From a virus: a stretch of 64,000 nt of DNA. A program made the position numbers and the translations under genes. The DNA lies in IMG/VR virus record IMGVR_UViG_3300032265_000877, positions 1 through 64,000 of that record; one strand, given 5' to 3'. The notes below the pieces were generated by a model, which was given only the letters and a program-made list of their open reading frames with translations, ran no database searches and was not told the DNA's origin. Below, one piece after another: positions 16,869 through 26,829 of this stretch. Position 1 is the first letter of the stretch; the number at the start of each line of letters is the position of its first letter.

Positions 16869-17910
16869 GTGCGCGCTTGGATGTTGCTCTAATAGAGTCT
16901 AACACTTCACGCTCAAGGACTTCTCGAAGGTCAATATCTTCCCGTATTGCCTGAAGCATACCATCTTGGCCCTGCCATTGCGACTCACCATACCGATAGT
17001 AGGCACCTGCTCTAGTGATGACCTTGTTCAAGATACCAATGGCTACAATCTCTTTGGCAAAATCAAACTCACCTGCGGCAAGCTCACCGCCATTAGAGAA
17101 GTAAAAGTCCACAATAGCTATTTGACCTGGGGCTGCTGACTTGTTCTTAATGACTCTAACCTTAATTGACTGGCCTACCTTGCGCTTTTCCTGACCAGTG
17201 CCTGCCTCAATCCATTCATCGCGGCGGACCTCCATACGGGTAAAGAAAGCATAATCTTTACCTAGACCGCCGGGGGTAGTGCGTGGATCGCCATACATAA
17301 CACCTACCTTTGAGCGCCATTGGTTAATGATTAAGCCAATAAAAGGGCGTTCTGGGCGAATCAATGAGCGCTTAGACGCCTTGCCTACCTTACGGAAGAA
17401 CTTGTTAGTAAGAAGCGCTCCGCGCCCTACTGTTGCTTCTTCCATTTCCTTCTCGTCCTCTGCTCCAGGCACCAGAGCAGGAAGTGAGTCAAGGACAATG
17501 CAATCAATAGCTTTACTTTCCACGATCCGAATAACCGCTTCATACGCTTCCTCCATGATATTTGTAGACACTACATATACGCGGGAAACATCTACGCCGC
17601 ACATCTCTGCGTAACCTGGCACCCACTCTTCTGCTGCAATCCATACAGTCGTAAACTCTGGATCGCGACGTTGATTAGCAGCAATAGTCTTAAGAGCAAG
17701 CGCGGTCTTGCCATTGCTTGCCTCTCCAATAATTTCGTGCCACTGATTAGACGGCCATCCGCCACCTAAAGCAACGTCTACCGCAATTGAGCCCGTTGTT
17801 AAACGACTACCAGTTTGAGTAATATCTGAACCAAGAACGATGGTGTCATCGCCCATTTTCTTGTTGATTGCACTAAATACTTTTGCTAGATCGCCTGTTA
17901 ATGTACTCAT
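16858..17910 (-). CDS. recA: RecA/UvsX recombinase
   Basis: TGSIAVDVALGGG.P, GEASNGKT, IVLDSLPAL, INQWR.KVGVMYGDPRTTPGG, KNK. Confidence 0.95.
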   Translation of the reverse strand: MSTLTGDLAKVFSAINKKMGDDTIVLGSDITQTGSRLTTGSIAVDVALGGGWPSNQWHEIIGEASNGKTALALKTIAANQRRDPEFTTVWIAAEEWVPGYAEMCGVDVSRVYVVSTNIMEEAYEAVIRIVESKAIDCIVLDSLPALVPGAEDEKEMEEATVGRGALLTNKFFRKVGKASKRSLIRPERPFIGLIINQWRSKVGVMYGDPRTTPGGLGKDYAFFTRMEVRRDEWIEAGTGQEKRKVGQSIKVRVIKNKSAAPGQIAIVDFYFSNGGELAAGEFDFAKEIVAIGILNKVITRAGAYYRYGESQWQGQDGMLQAIREDIDLREVLEREVLDSIRATSKRAHEE

Positions 17911-18290
17911 CCTAAGAATCCTCCGTCTGCTCCGATTGCTGGCTTAGTGCCATTAAAAGTACCTGTAGGTATCTGGCGTGCTGGTGTTGCTGGGCCTGCT
18001 GAAGATTGACCAGGATTGATAATCCCTTTACCTAAGCCACTACCTGATTGCTGAAGTGGGTAACCGCAATCGTAGCACCGAGGCTTTGCGCCTTGAACAC
18101 TGCCATAATTTCCGCTACCGCATCCCGGACATCGAGGTGCTTGAGGGGTTGCCTGTTGTGAAGGTGGATACTGTGGCTGTTGCGGTTGAGCATATGTAGC
18201 GGGCTGAGGAGCGGCGTACTGAGGCTGCGCCTGTGGCTGCTGAGGAACTGGGTTACCTAATCTGCGTGAAAACCAGTCTGAATTACTCAT
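17907..18290 (-). CDS. Pro/Gln-rich double-CxxC zinc-ribbon protein
   Basis: CPGCGS...CYDCGY. Confidence 0.75.
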   Translation of the reverse strand: MSNSDWFSRRLGNPVPQQPQAQPQYAAPQPATYAQPQQPQYPPSQQATPQAPRCPGCGSGNYGSVQGAKPRCYDCGYPLQQSGSGLGKGIINPGQSSAGPATPARQIPTGTFNGTKPAIGADGGFLG

Positions 18291-18759
18291 CTATTTCTCC
18301 AAACTCAAGAACATCAGAGTTAACTGTGTTCGTCTCAATCATACCCAAGTGAAGCCCAATTGAAAAGGCGCCCATTAAAGTAGACAGGGCTACCGCTTTA
18401 TAAACAGCCATTATTGCATCGCCATGTTGTTCTAGCTCATGGTCTTCCATATCATCTGAGCTCAAGGCCTCAGCTAAATGAAGAGCTACCAAAGACTTGG
18501 CGCTTATATCTGCAATAGACTCCAAGAAAGGGAACAAAGGTGCAACAGATTTTACTCTGTCTTCGCTGTCTTCTAGCTCTTTGCACTCCCCTTCTTCACT
18601 TATGCGACTAAGCCCAACCATCTCAGCAAGGTCATTTACGTTATCTACTAACTCGGTGTCGTATAAATACCAACGATAAACCGTACTCAGAGGAATCTCT
18701 TGAGTACTAATCTCCTCATCATCTGAGTTGCCTTTAAATACGTTTGTCCACCATGCCAT
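18283..18759 (-). CDS. hypothetical acidic protein (start likely MAWWT)
   Basis: TAATG overlap with the polA stop. Confidence 0.7.
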   Translation of the reverse strand: MAWWTNVFKGNSDDEEISTQEIPLSTVYRWYLYDTELVDNVNDLAEMVGLSRISEEGECKELEDSEDRVKSVAPLFPFLESIADISAKSLVALHLAEALSSDDMEDHELEQHGDAIMAVYKAVALSTLMGAFSIGLHLGMIETNTVNSDVLEFGEIDE

Positions 18760-20744
18760 TAGTCTTTTGCCTCTCCCCAACGCTGGACAACTTTAATGTC
18801 CGCAATCAGTGGAACGTCTAGAAATTTAATCTCTTCCATAGCCTCGCGTATAGCTGCATAGGTTTGATCTACTAAGTGGTCTGGGGTCAAGGTAACAATT
18901 TCATCGTGTACGGTTAAGATGATCTTTGCCTCGGCGGGAACTCTTTCGTAGGCCCTAATCATAGCAAGTTTAATTATGTCAGCAGCCGAGCCCTGGATGC
19001 GCGTGTTAAAAGCCTGACGCTCAGCGCTAGACCTAAAAGCGGGCACCTTAGACTTGATATCTGGCAAGTAACGGCGGCGCTTTAAGATGGTTGAGACGTA
19101 CCCAGTGTTGCGGGCCACCCCAATAACCTTGGCTTTGTAAAGATCTACGGAAGGGAACTTGGCAGCAAAGTCAGTTAATAGCTGCTTAGCCTCTTGTATG
19201 GTGCAGCCAATCTGACGAGAGATCTTGTCGGGGCCAACGCCATAGGCAATAGCCAATACCAAGACCTTACCTGCCTTGCGGTCTACACCCATAGTCTTAC
19301 CCACAGTTGTGTAGATATCTCCGCCAGTATTGTAGTTGTCAATCATAATTGGGTCGCCAGACATAGAGGCAATAATGCGAGGCTCAATCTGTGAGTAGTC
19401 AGCTACAACCAATTTATGTCCCTCTGGGGCATAGAAGAGGTCACGAATCATCTTGCCGTAGTTCTTGTTATCAGGCACCTTGTCATTAGGCGCGGGTATG
19501 TTCTGCAAATTGGGGTTAGAGCTAGAGAAACGTCCTGTCTCTGTGCCCCAAGGCTTGAAGTCTCCGTAGATCTTTCCGTTGATAAGTAGGCTTTCCCGCT
19601 CTTCAATCTTCTCTTTACCGTTAACGGACTTAACTACCTCACCGCCAATGTAAGGGACGATATAGGTGCTGAGTAACTTATTAATCTCAGCGTATTGGAG
19701 GATAGCAGCCACTAACTCATCGTCTGGATGAACCTCAAGAGCCTCTGCGGAAACGGAGTAGTCTGAATATGTTCTCTTATCTGGGGGCGTCTTCTCACCT
19801 TTGCCCGTAAGAATAGTGGGCTTTAGACCTCTGTTGCCTTCAGAGATTGGGCCGTACAAAAGCTCTTGCTTTTCAGCGTTAGAGTTAAGGTTAAATACCT
19901 TGCCAGCAATTGAGTAGATATTGGACTTGATTACCTCTATCTCTTCCTCAAGTTTTACGTGTAGTTCTTTAAGGTGTTCAACGTCAATAATTGCGCCTGT
20001 AAGTTTCATTTGGCACAACACCTTAAGCAAATCCATCTCAAGACCCATTACAGTTTCTACATCTGATTCGGTAATCTTAGCGGCAACTATCTGCCAAAGT
20101 AAGAATGTGTACTTAGAGTCAAGGTATGAGTACTTAGCTACCTCATCAAAAGAATACTCTTCAACCTTATGACCTATGCCTTTCTCCATGCTAAAGCCTA
20201 AGTCTCTTTGTAAACAGTCGTCTAAGCCAAGCTTTCCGCTGTTACGACTATCGTATAAAAATGAACCGATAAGCGTGTCAAAGTACGGGCCTACAGGAAT
20301 TACTCCGTCATAGTGTTTAGCTACAGAACATAGGTCAAAGATAAGGTTGTGACCAATAGTAAGTATGTTCTCGTTAAACATTAAAGGCTCTAATGCTTTA
20401 AATACTTCAGCGGGAAAGAGCTGTTTTGGGGCTGGACCAAACTTCTTTACGTGCTTCTTTTTATCACGCGAGTAGTCATAGTCACGGGCTTCCAAACCAG
20501 CATCTACGCGCTTTTGTCCTTGACCTGTTAAAGGCCTAATTGCTTCTAAGAAATCACCGTTGGGATGACCCATAGGAATAACATCTCCACGGCCACGTGT
20601 AGCAAAAGATATCCAGAGAACTTCGTTTACTGCGGGTATGCCTCTATGTTGTCCAACAGTTTCTACGTCAAAAGCAAAAGCATCTTGCTTGAGGTAGTAA
20701 GCAACCATCTCATCCAGTTGCTTTTTAGTCGTAATAATATTCAA
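18759..20744 (-). CDS. polA: family A DNA polymerase with 3'-5' exonuclease
   Basis: FDVET, GHNLIFD, TETGRFSSSNPNLQNIP, ADYSQIEPR, motif B RKAGKVLVLAIAYG, QGSAADIIK, VHDE. Confidence 0.95.
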   Translation of the reverse strand: MNIITTKKQLDEMVAYYLKQDAFAFDVETVGQHRGIPAVNEVLWISFATRGRGDVIPMGHPNGDFLEAIRPLTGQGQKRVDAGLEARDYDYSRDKKKHVKKFGPAPKQLFPAEVFKALEPLMFNENILTIGHNLIFDLCSVAKHYDGVIPVGPYFDTLIGSFLYDSRNSGKLGLDDCLQRDLGFSMEKGIGHKVEEYSFDEVAKYSYLDSKYTFLLWQIVAAKITESDVETVMGLEMDLLKVLCQMKLTGAIIDVEHLKELHVKLEEEIEVIKSNIYSIAGKVFNLNSNAEKQELLYGPISEGNRGLKPTILTGKGEKTPPDKRTYSDYSVSAEALEVHPDDELVAAILQYAEINKLLSTYIVPYIGGEVVKSVNGKEKIEERESLLINGKIYGDFKPWGTETGRFSSSNPNLQNIPAPNDKVPDNKNYGKMIRDLFYAPEGHKLVVADYSQIEPRIIASMSGDPIMIDNYNTGGDIYTTVGKTMGVDRKAGKVLVLAIAYGVGPDKISRQIGCTIQEAKQLLTDFAAKFPSVDLYKAKVIGVARNTGYVSTILKRRRYLPDIKSKVPAFRSSAERQAFNTRIQGSAADIIKLAMIRAYERVPAEAKIILTVHDEIVTLTPDHLVDQTYAAIREAMEEIKFLDVPLIADIKVVQRWGEAKD

Positions 20745-20761
20745 ATTGTGTCCCCTATAAA

Positions 20762-20798
20762 GTTAGAGACCGATGGAAGGGGGTCATCGGCCTCTAAC
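20762..20798 (-). promoter_or_regulatory. 14-bp stem-loop immediately upstream of the polA SD
   Basis: Minus strand GTTAGAGGCCGATG-ACCCCCTTC-CATCGGTCTCTAAC. Confidence 0.65.
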
Positions 20799-20811
20799 AG
20801 CTATGTGTGTT

Positions 20812-21474
20812 TTAGAGCAAAGAGTCTGCGATAGCCTCTAGCTCATCCCAAGTAGGTGTCTTGATGTCAGCGCGTGTATACGGCTGAACTGATGCAACGA
20901 AAGCGTCTGAAGCAGCCTCGTCAATCTGCCAGTCTTCCATCAAGTCACGGCCCTTTACTGGGTTAATGTGATAAGCAGTTGTCTGTTGCTTACCTGTGCG
21001 ACTTACTGCCCAATAGTTACGGGTCAATGGACCTTGTGGGGAGAAGTGTGCTGCATGTAGTGCCTTCCACAAACGTGGAGATGCAATAAGCATCTGACGT
21101 TGCGGTCCGCCCTCAGCAGATAGGTTGACAATAGAGAAAGCACGCTTCTCTTCTGGCTTGCTACCAAGCTTGATGCAGAGAGGATCATTAGACCCAAGGG
21201 AGATGTAGGACTTCTGTCCTTCTTTGTTGGTAAGAAAGTGTTGCTTGTAGACAGCGAACGGACCGTCTTGATCAAGGAACTTAACTACCTGGAAGCCGCC
21301 ATCGGTAAACTTAAAGTCTTTGGCGTATCCCTGTGATACAGGTGTGATCTTTTCTCCAGCTTCCCAACCTGATTGGATTGCTGTTGAGGTTGACTGCGCT
21401 GGGCGGTCATTGATTGCAGATGCACTGAACTCGTCAGTGGCTGGTAGGTATTCTTCTGTGCGATTTACTGACAT
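20812..21474 (-). CDS. single-stranded DNA-binding protein (gp32-like); start revised to MSVNRT
   Basis: VVKFLD..PFAVYKQHF, aromatic residues, AAAGGA SD, next to polA. Confidence 0.65.
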   Translation of the reverse strand: MSVNRTEEYLPATDEFSASAINDRPAQSTSTAIQSGWEAGEKITPVSQGYAKDFKFTDGGFQVVKFLDQDGPFAVYKQHFLTNKEGQKSYISLGSNDPLCIKLGSKPEEKRAFSIVNLSAEGGPQRQMLIASPRLWKALHAAHFSPQGPLTRNYWAVSRTGKQQTTAYHINPVKGRDLMEDWQIDEAASDAFVASVQPYTRADIKTPTWDELEAIADSLL

Positions 21475-21487
21475 TGTTTTTCCTTTG

Positions 21488-21961
21488 TTAGTTTGATTTT
21501 GTTTCATCAGCCCGGATGTTACTCCACGCTTCAGCGATCTCATTACTGAGGTGCTGATGTTGAGACCAGTCTATACGTTTTGTCTCTAAGATTCCAGCCT
21601 TGTCAAAGCGCTCAATAACCGCTTCAATCATGGCTCGAGAGTAGAGCCTACGTCCTTGATGGTCTTTCCCATTAATGTCTTTTTTAACGGGAAGTCTGTA
21701 GGGTGCTGAGGGTAGGTAACCCTCTTTAATCCATGTACGAATTGTAATGATAGGCCTGCCTAAGGCAGATGCTAGAGACCCAATAAGAAACAACTCAACG
21801 TCTTTACCATTAGGCAGCGTGCGCTTAGTTGGATTAGAGTCCCAGTTCTTAGACACAACAATCTCTGGGTCTTTCTTGGCTACTGCCTTGCGCTTCTTTT
21901 TACTGCCTGGGTAGTACTCATCAAGGTCAGCAAAAGCCTGATCAATAAAGTCGTCTGTCAT
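21488..21961 (-). CDS. MerR-like HTH DNA-binding protein
   Basis: FLIGSLASALGRPIITIRTWIKEGYLP...RRLYS. Confidence 0.8.
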   Translation of the reverse strand: MTDDFIDQAFADLDEYYPGSKKKRKAVAKKDPEIVVSKNWDSNPTKRTLPNGKDVELFLIGSLASALGRPIITIRTWIKEGYLPSAPYRLPVKKDINGKDHQGRRLYSRAMIEAVIERFDKAGILETKRIDWSQHQHLSNEIAEAWSNIRADETKSN

Positions 21962-22362
21962 TTATTCTCTACAATAAACGCAAAGGTCTCCTTTGCAGGA
22001 AACATTGTGTCAATGTCAGATTCAGTTAGGTAACCTTCGTAAAAGGCGGCCATAATTGCGGCCTCATCTAGCACAGGAACCATCTTGATACAGGTGTTCT
22101 TTATACCTTTATCGGTGAGGATCTGCTCTGCAACGTTCATGTCTAAGTTCTTGGATACACGGCGCTGCTTAGTGACCTTTATATTGCCCATAGTGGCGTC
22201 CTCAAAAGATATAACCCTATGGCCTTTATCATCAGGTTCAAGAGTGTCTATGTCTTGAGTCATGCGGCTCTTAAGTTCGCTTTGGCGATCTGCCAGCATG
22301 CCCATCTCAGTCTTTAATGCTAGAAACTGACGAGCGTTTTTCTTTAACTCTTCTATATTCAT
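21958..22362 (-). CDS. hypothetical protein with N-terminal coiled coil
   Basis: 134 aa with its own promoter and AGGGGG SD. Confidence 0.75.
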   Translation of the reverse strand: MNIEELKKNARQFLALKTEMGMLADRQSELKSRMTQDIDTLEPDDKGHRVISFEDATMGNIKVTKQRRVSKNLDMNVAEQILTDKGIKNTCIKMVPVLDEAAIMAAFYEGYLTESDIDTMFPAKETFAFIVENK

Positions 22363-22411
22363 TAGTACCCCCTAGGGGCACCACATTAGTTATCTTCTAG
22401 AGGCTTGTCAA
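22363..22411 (-). promoter_or_regulatory. sigmaA-type promoter TTGACA-N17-TAATGT plus SD-occluding hairpin
   Basis: -35 at 22411-22406, -10 at 22388-22383; GTGCCCC-TAG-GGGGTAC hairpin covers the SD. Confidence 0.7.
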
Positions 22412-22550
22412 CCTTGATGTAGATTTCTAGCGCCTTGATAATAATGCTAGTAACTGTAACGCCCTCTTTAGCGGCCTTTTTCTGAACGGCAAGCCAAATA
22501 TCATCCGAGACGCGGATGGTACGGGTTGGTGTCTTAGGTGCGTTAGGCAT
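22386..22550 (-). CDS. ribbon-helix-helix DNA-binding protein, 54 aa (MPNAPKTPTRTIRVSDDIWLAVQKKAAKEGVTVTSIIIKALEIY...)
   Basis: Hand-translated; RTIRV beta strand plus two helices; TATAAT-N6-ATG leaderless start. Confidence 0.85.
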   Translation of the reverse strand: MPNAPKTPTRTIRVSDDIWLAVQKKAAKEGVTVTSIIIKALEIYIKVDKPLEDN

Positions 22551-22557
22551 TCATCAA

Positions 22558-24147
22558 TTATACAATAGAACTCTGTAAGAACTGCTTTAAGCTACCAGCG
22601 CTCATTTCTACTCCGCCGTCCTCAGTTATACCCTCACCATCAATAACAGCATTGGCTAAGGCGTTCTTCTGCTGTAAAACCTCCCATTGGCGCTGCTCAA
22701 TAGAGCCTGTAGCAATGATGTCAGTAATAACAATAGAAGGCCACAGACTAGAGGCGCGCTTGATACGACCATTGCGTTGGACGGCTGTGCCTGAGCTCCA
22801 TGGCAGGTCATAGTTAATCAGTAGATTAGCGGCAGGTAGATCCACCCCATAACCACCAGCGTCACTAGATATAAGAACACGCACAGCGGGGTCTGTATTA
22901 AAAACAATCTTGTTAGTCTCTTTAGTCTTAGCGTCTAACTTGCCTGAATAAAGGCGGCATTGTTCTCGGCCCAAAGCGTCAGCAATCATGTCCAGCATGT
23001 ATACATAGGTAGCAAAGATAACTACCTTATTCTCGTCATTCTGCTCTAGAAAGTCTTTTACATACTGAACTAGGTAGTCAAGCTTAGGTGAGCTAGTAAC
23101 ACCCTCAAGGGCACCTCCAATAACCAGCTCATTTGCGTATGCAGAGCCTTCTCCATTCATCAACTCAAACTTACTAGAGCTAGTACGGAGCAGGTCTGGG
23201 TGAGAGCAGAGCATCTTTAGGCAACCAATCTTAGACATGATCTTGCCACGCATCTCGTCTTCAGGGCCTCCTCGTGAAGACTCTAAACCGTAATGCGAAA
23301 AAACATTAAAAGATGCTCCAAATAAAGTCTGAGCTTCTTCTAAGTCAAACAAAAGATCATTTACAATCTTGGAGTAAAGCTTGCTTGTTTTACGATCAAA
23401 GCTAATCTTGATTGGGTCTTGATGAATGGTCTCTGGAAGGTAAGGAGCTACATCTGGATCTTTCTGAGCTTTACGAACAGAGGCGGCCTTCATAGTGGTG
23501 TGCAGGGTGGACAAGTTTCTATAGTAATCAACGCCACCCCAGCTATTTCTTACAATAAAAGCTGAGTCAAAGATGTCAAAGCGACCAAGAACAGAAGGGT
23601 CAACAAATTGCATGATGGAGTACAGCTCTTCAGGCTTACCATTTTCAATAGGGGTACCCGTAAGAGCAAAGCGATAAGGGGTCTGAATTAGCTTCTTAAC
23701 TTGCTTGGAGCGCTTAGACTTAAATGATTTAATGGCCGTAGCCTCATCAAGGACTACAAATCCTCTAGGGAGTCCTTCAACAAACTTCCAGTCGTTGACC
23801 ACTTGTTCGTAGTTAAGAATAATGTAATCAACCCCAGAGTTACGCCAATCATAAGCCTCTTGGTATTGCTTTTCTCTTTTAGACGGGGTTCCATCAATGA
23901 CCAAAGCGTGTGAAGTGCCATCTGTAAACTTCTCAATCTGGTTAGCCCACTGGTATTTAAGTGAGGATAAGCAAATGATAAGGCCTGGCTCATCTATTTT
24001 CCGCTCATCCATCAAGCGTTCTATAGCGGCTATGGTAATAACAGTCTTACCCAAACCCAAGTCATAGGCAACCAGCATGCTAGAGCGGTCACACATGCGA
24101 TCTACTGCCTCAGGTTGATAAGGGAGAAGCGTCCCTGTAAAGGTCAT
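22558..24147 (-). CDS. SNF2-family helicase
   Basis: LLPYQ, DLGLGKT, LDEA, ALTGTPIEN, GVDL, QRNGRI.R. Confidence 0.92.
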   Translation of the reverse strand: MTFTGTLLPYQPEAVDRMCDRSSMLVAYDLGLGKTVITIAAIERLMDERKIDEPGLIICLSSLKYQWANQIEKFTDGTSHALVIDGTPSKREKQYQEAYDWRNSGVDYIILNYEQVVNDWKFVEGLPRGFVVLDEATAIKSFKSKRSKQVKKLIQTPYRFALTGTPIENGKPEELYSIMQFVDPSVLGRFDIFDSAFIVRNSWGGVDYYRNLSTLHTTMKAASVRKAQKDPDVAPYLPETIHQDPIKISFDRKTSKLYSKIVNDLLFDLEEAQTLFGASFNVFSHYGLESSRGGPEDEMRGKIMSKIGCLKMLCSHPDLLRTSSSKFELMNGEGSAYANELVIGGALEGVTSSPKLDYLVQYVKDFLEQNDENKVVIFATYVYMLDMIADALGREQCRLYSGKLDAKTKETNKIVFNTDPAVRVLISSDAGGYGVDLPAANLLINYDLPWSSGTAVQRNGRIKRASSLWPSIVITDIIATGSIEQRQWEVLQQKNALANAVIDGEGITEDGGVEMSAGSLKQFLQSSIV

Positions 24148-24677
24148 ACAAACAAACCTACCATACGAGCTTTAATCATTGCCTCAAGATCTTCAAGAGC
24201 GCTATCGTTAATAAAGATGCAATCAACAGGGTAATCGTTTAACTCGTTCTCGGATACATGGTTATTTATTGGACCAACTCCTGGGCGTTCTACCCGCCAA
24301 ATCGGCCCACCAAACACATCCTTTACCCACACGGCTTCATTTATAAATCGCACGTCAGTAATAACATAGTTGGCAGTTCTATCTAAATTCTTTGTGGCTT
24401 CTAAAACCCAATGATTGTCGCCAAAGATCTTACGAGCGCCTACGCCCAACGACTGTAATAACCTTCTAACCTCAGGCTTTGCTTTAGTAAGTTCCCAGCC
24501 ATAGTCTTCAAGCATAGAGCTTAAGTGATGGCCATTCTCAAGAATAGGGTCCATCTCAACCAGTAGGTCTTTTATCTTGTCCGCAAAAGCTACGCGCGTA
24601 AAACCATAATGCTCAACAAGAACTTTAGCTACTGAGTCTTTACCGCTTCTAGCAAACCCTGTAAGACCGATGATCAT
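24144..24677 (-). CDS. deoxynucleoside monophosphate kinase
   Basis: IIGLTGFARSGKD, FADKIK, RRLLQ.LG, ITDVRF.NE, HVSE. Confidence 0.9.
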   Translation of the reverse strand: MIIGLTGFARSGKDSVAKVLVEHYGFTRVAFADKIKDLLVEMDPILENGHHLSSMLEDYGWELTKAKPEVRRLLQSLGVGARKIFGDNHWVLEATKNLDRTANYVITDVRFINEAVWVKDVFGGPIWRVERPGVGPINNHVSENELNDYPVDCIFINDSALEDLEAMIKARMVGLFV

Positions 24678-25600
24678 GCAATAGCCTTCTCTCCACGAAT
24701 CATGTGCTGTGCGTTCTGTAACCCCATCAAGACCTCTGCGCGACTCATGGCGCCTACATCTTTTACATCAATGTCTTTGTAGTTAAAAAACCAAGCCTCA
24801 GCTTTTAGTTCTCGGCATCGTGTAATCATATCTCTAGAGGCTACTTTGCCAGCCTCATCGTTGTCAAAAGCAAAAATGATGCGGTCTGCCCCACGAATAG
24901 CGCTTAACTGCTCAATGCTAATAGCGCAGCCAAAAGTAGCAACGCCTCCTGTAATTCCTATTGAGGCTAAGCGAACAACATCTAAAGGAGACTCAACAAC
25001 AATCATGTCGTCCGATTTGTACTGTTGATACCCAAAAAGAGCTTTGCCCTTTTTCATACCTTTTGGATGGTTATTAAAGTAACGAGTACTGAAGCCTTTT
25101 TCTTGCCACCCTAGTAACGTTCCGTAGACATGGCGTACAGGGATGATCCAGTTACCACGATGACGATCCCATCTAATCCCATATAAGTTAGCGGCTTCAC
25201 GGGTTAATCCCCTAGCCTGTAAAGCCTCAGCAGGGACATCTACAAAGGCACCGAGCATTGACTCAGTAACTCTAACTGCCTCTTCTTCCTGCTTCTTCTC
25301 TGGCTCAGTCAAACGCATAAGACGCGCTACCAAGTTGAGGTTGGTGTTAGCCCAGTCAGTTGCTTGGTCTAACGGAACACCACGAACATATGCAACTAAC
25401 GAGTAAAGGTTGCCCTTAAACCCACAAGAAAAACAGATGTGAGCGCCGGAATCGGCGTTGATATACCAAGAGGGGTTACGATCTGGATGCCCTGTTCGCT
25501 CCTCATGTGCTGGGCATTCCCCTTGCACTTCCCAACCACGAGTTCCAATGACCTTAATGCCAAGGTCGGCAAGAGTCTCCTGCATCTCTTCTACTGTCAT
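24674..25600 (-). CDS. dnaG: DNA primase (CHC2 zinc finger + TOPRIM)
   Basis: CPAH...CFSCG, VVES.LD, FDNDEAG, KD. Confidence 0.9.
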   Translation of the reverse strand: MTVEEMQETLADLGIKVIGTRGWEVQGECPAHEERTGHPDRNPSWYINADSGAHICFSCGFKGNLYSLVAYVRGVPLDQATDWANTNLNLVARLMRLTEPEKKQEEEAVRVTESMLGAFVDVPAEALQARGLTREAANLYGIRWDRHRGNWIIPVRHVYGTLLGWQEKGFSTRYFNNHPKGMKKGKALFGYQQYKSDDMIVVESPLDVVRLASIGITGGVATFGCAISIEQLSAIRGADRIIFAFDNDEAGKVASRDMITRCRELKAEAWFFNYKDIDVKDVGAMSRAEVLMGLQNAQHMIRGEKAIA

Positions 25601-26829
25601 AGGTCGTTGTTATCCATCTCTCTAAAAGCGCCAGTGTTCCAATCCCACATTAGTGACACCTCACTAAGGCCTGAGTTACGGCTGGCAATAACACGAAGCA
25701 ATCGGGTGTCATCTACGTTCTCATCCTCGCGCTGAAGACCAAAGATAACGTCAGCATCTTGGTGGAAAGATGAAGAGTAACCGATAGAGTCTGCGCTAAC
25801 CTGACCCTTTTTCATCTTCCATGCAAGAGCCTGAGTAGAGATAACAACAGGCTTGTTAATCTTCATAGCCAATCGCTTAAGGCTACGAGTGATCTGAGTG
25901 ATGGCTTGTGGGGTATTGGACTCGCCTGTAACCTCATCAAACATAAGGTAGGTACCATCGATAAACACAATGTCTGGGTTCTTACCTTGAATCTTGCTGG
26001 CTACAGCGCTAACAGTCAAACCGCTGGAGGAGTCTGTAAACCAAAAGTCATCGTTCATAGACTGAATGCTGGTAACAATACGTTCGTATCGTTGCTCTTC
26101 TTCGTCTGTAAGCGTTCCTGTCATAAGGCGCTTGTGTGAGATGCGAGCGCGCATAGCGTAGTAACGAGTCTTCTGCTCGTTGTTGCTCATCTCAAAAGAC
26201 ATAAACATAGGCTTGTGACCGTTAAGGTGACAGTTAATAGCTATCTGCAAAGCAAGCGTTGACTTACCTGTCTTAGGGGGTGCAACAATAACTACTAGCT
26301 GACCTGGTTGTAGGCCTGAGGTAGAAGCATCCATAGTTGGAAAGCCGGTAGGTAGACCTAGTAACCCTGGACTGTTCTTACGGTTTATGTACTCTTCCAT
26401 AGCAGACTTAGCTGCTTTTCTAATCTCAAGGTCGGTAGTAGAGCCAAGGCCTGTTTGTTCTAAAAGGGCAAAGCCTTGCTGCAACTTAAGAAGTGCGTCT
26501 TCGTGAGAGTTAGGCTTCTTAGACTCAAGTGACTGACTAGCATCAATCATCGTATTAATAATTAAAGACTTACGCCGTCCTTCTACTAACCTGTCAATGA
26601 AGTAGTCAATGTGGTCTTCAACAACTGGTGGCGTGTAGTTTCTAAAGTTGGACTGAATGACTTCTAGGCTTGGGCACTCTTGATACTCAGTGTAGTGATG
26701 TTGTAAAAACCTATACAGATTCTTCTCTTCAGTGTCAGAGAACCACTCTTCAGTAATACCGCGCTCAAGGGCATAGCCAATGCTCTTATCAGTAACGATC
26801 TTGCTTAATAGATAAGCTTCATTATTCAT
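25597..26829 (-). CDS. dnaB: DnaB-like replicative helicase
   Basis: GLPTGF, APPKTGKS, SFEM, IDGTYL, QDAD. Confidence 0.92.
   Translation of the reverse strand: MNNEAYLLSKIVTDKSIGYALERGITEEWFSDTEEKNLYRFLQHHYTEYQECPSLEVIQSNFRNYTPPVVEDHIDYFIDRLVEGRRKSLIINTMIDASQSLESKKPNSHEDALLKLQQGFALLEQTGLGSTTDLEIRKAAKSAMEEYINRKNSPGLLGLPTGFPTMDASTSGLQPGQLVVIVAPPKTGKSTLALQIAINCHLNGHKPMFMSFEMSNNEQKTRYYAMRARISHKRLMTGTLTDEEEQRYERIVTSIQSMNDDFWFTDSSSGLTVSAVASKIQGKNPDIVFIDGTYLMFDEVTGESNTPQAITQITRSLKRLAMKINKPVVISTQALAWKMKKGQVSADSIGYSSSFHQDADVIFGLQREDENVDDTRLLRVIASRNSGLSEVSLMWDWNTGAFREMDNNDL

Noticed and set aside
1145-26829. Inteins or introns in nrdJ, polA, recA, SNF2 or dnaB
   Set aside because: Protein lengths are normal and motifs are contiguous; no C...HN splice junctions or LAGLIDADG motifs seen
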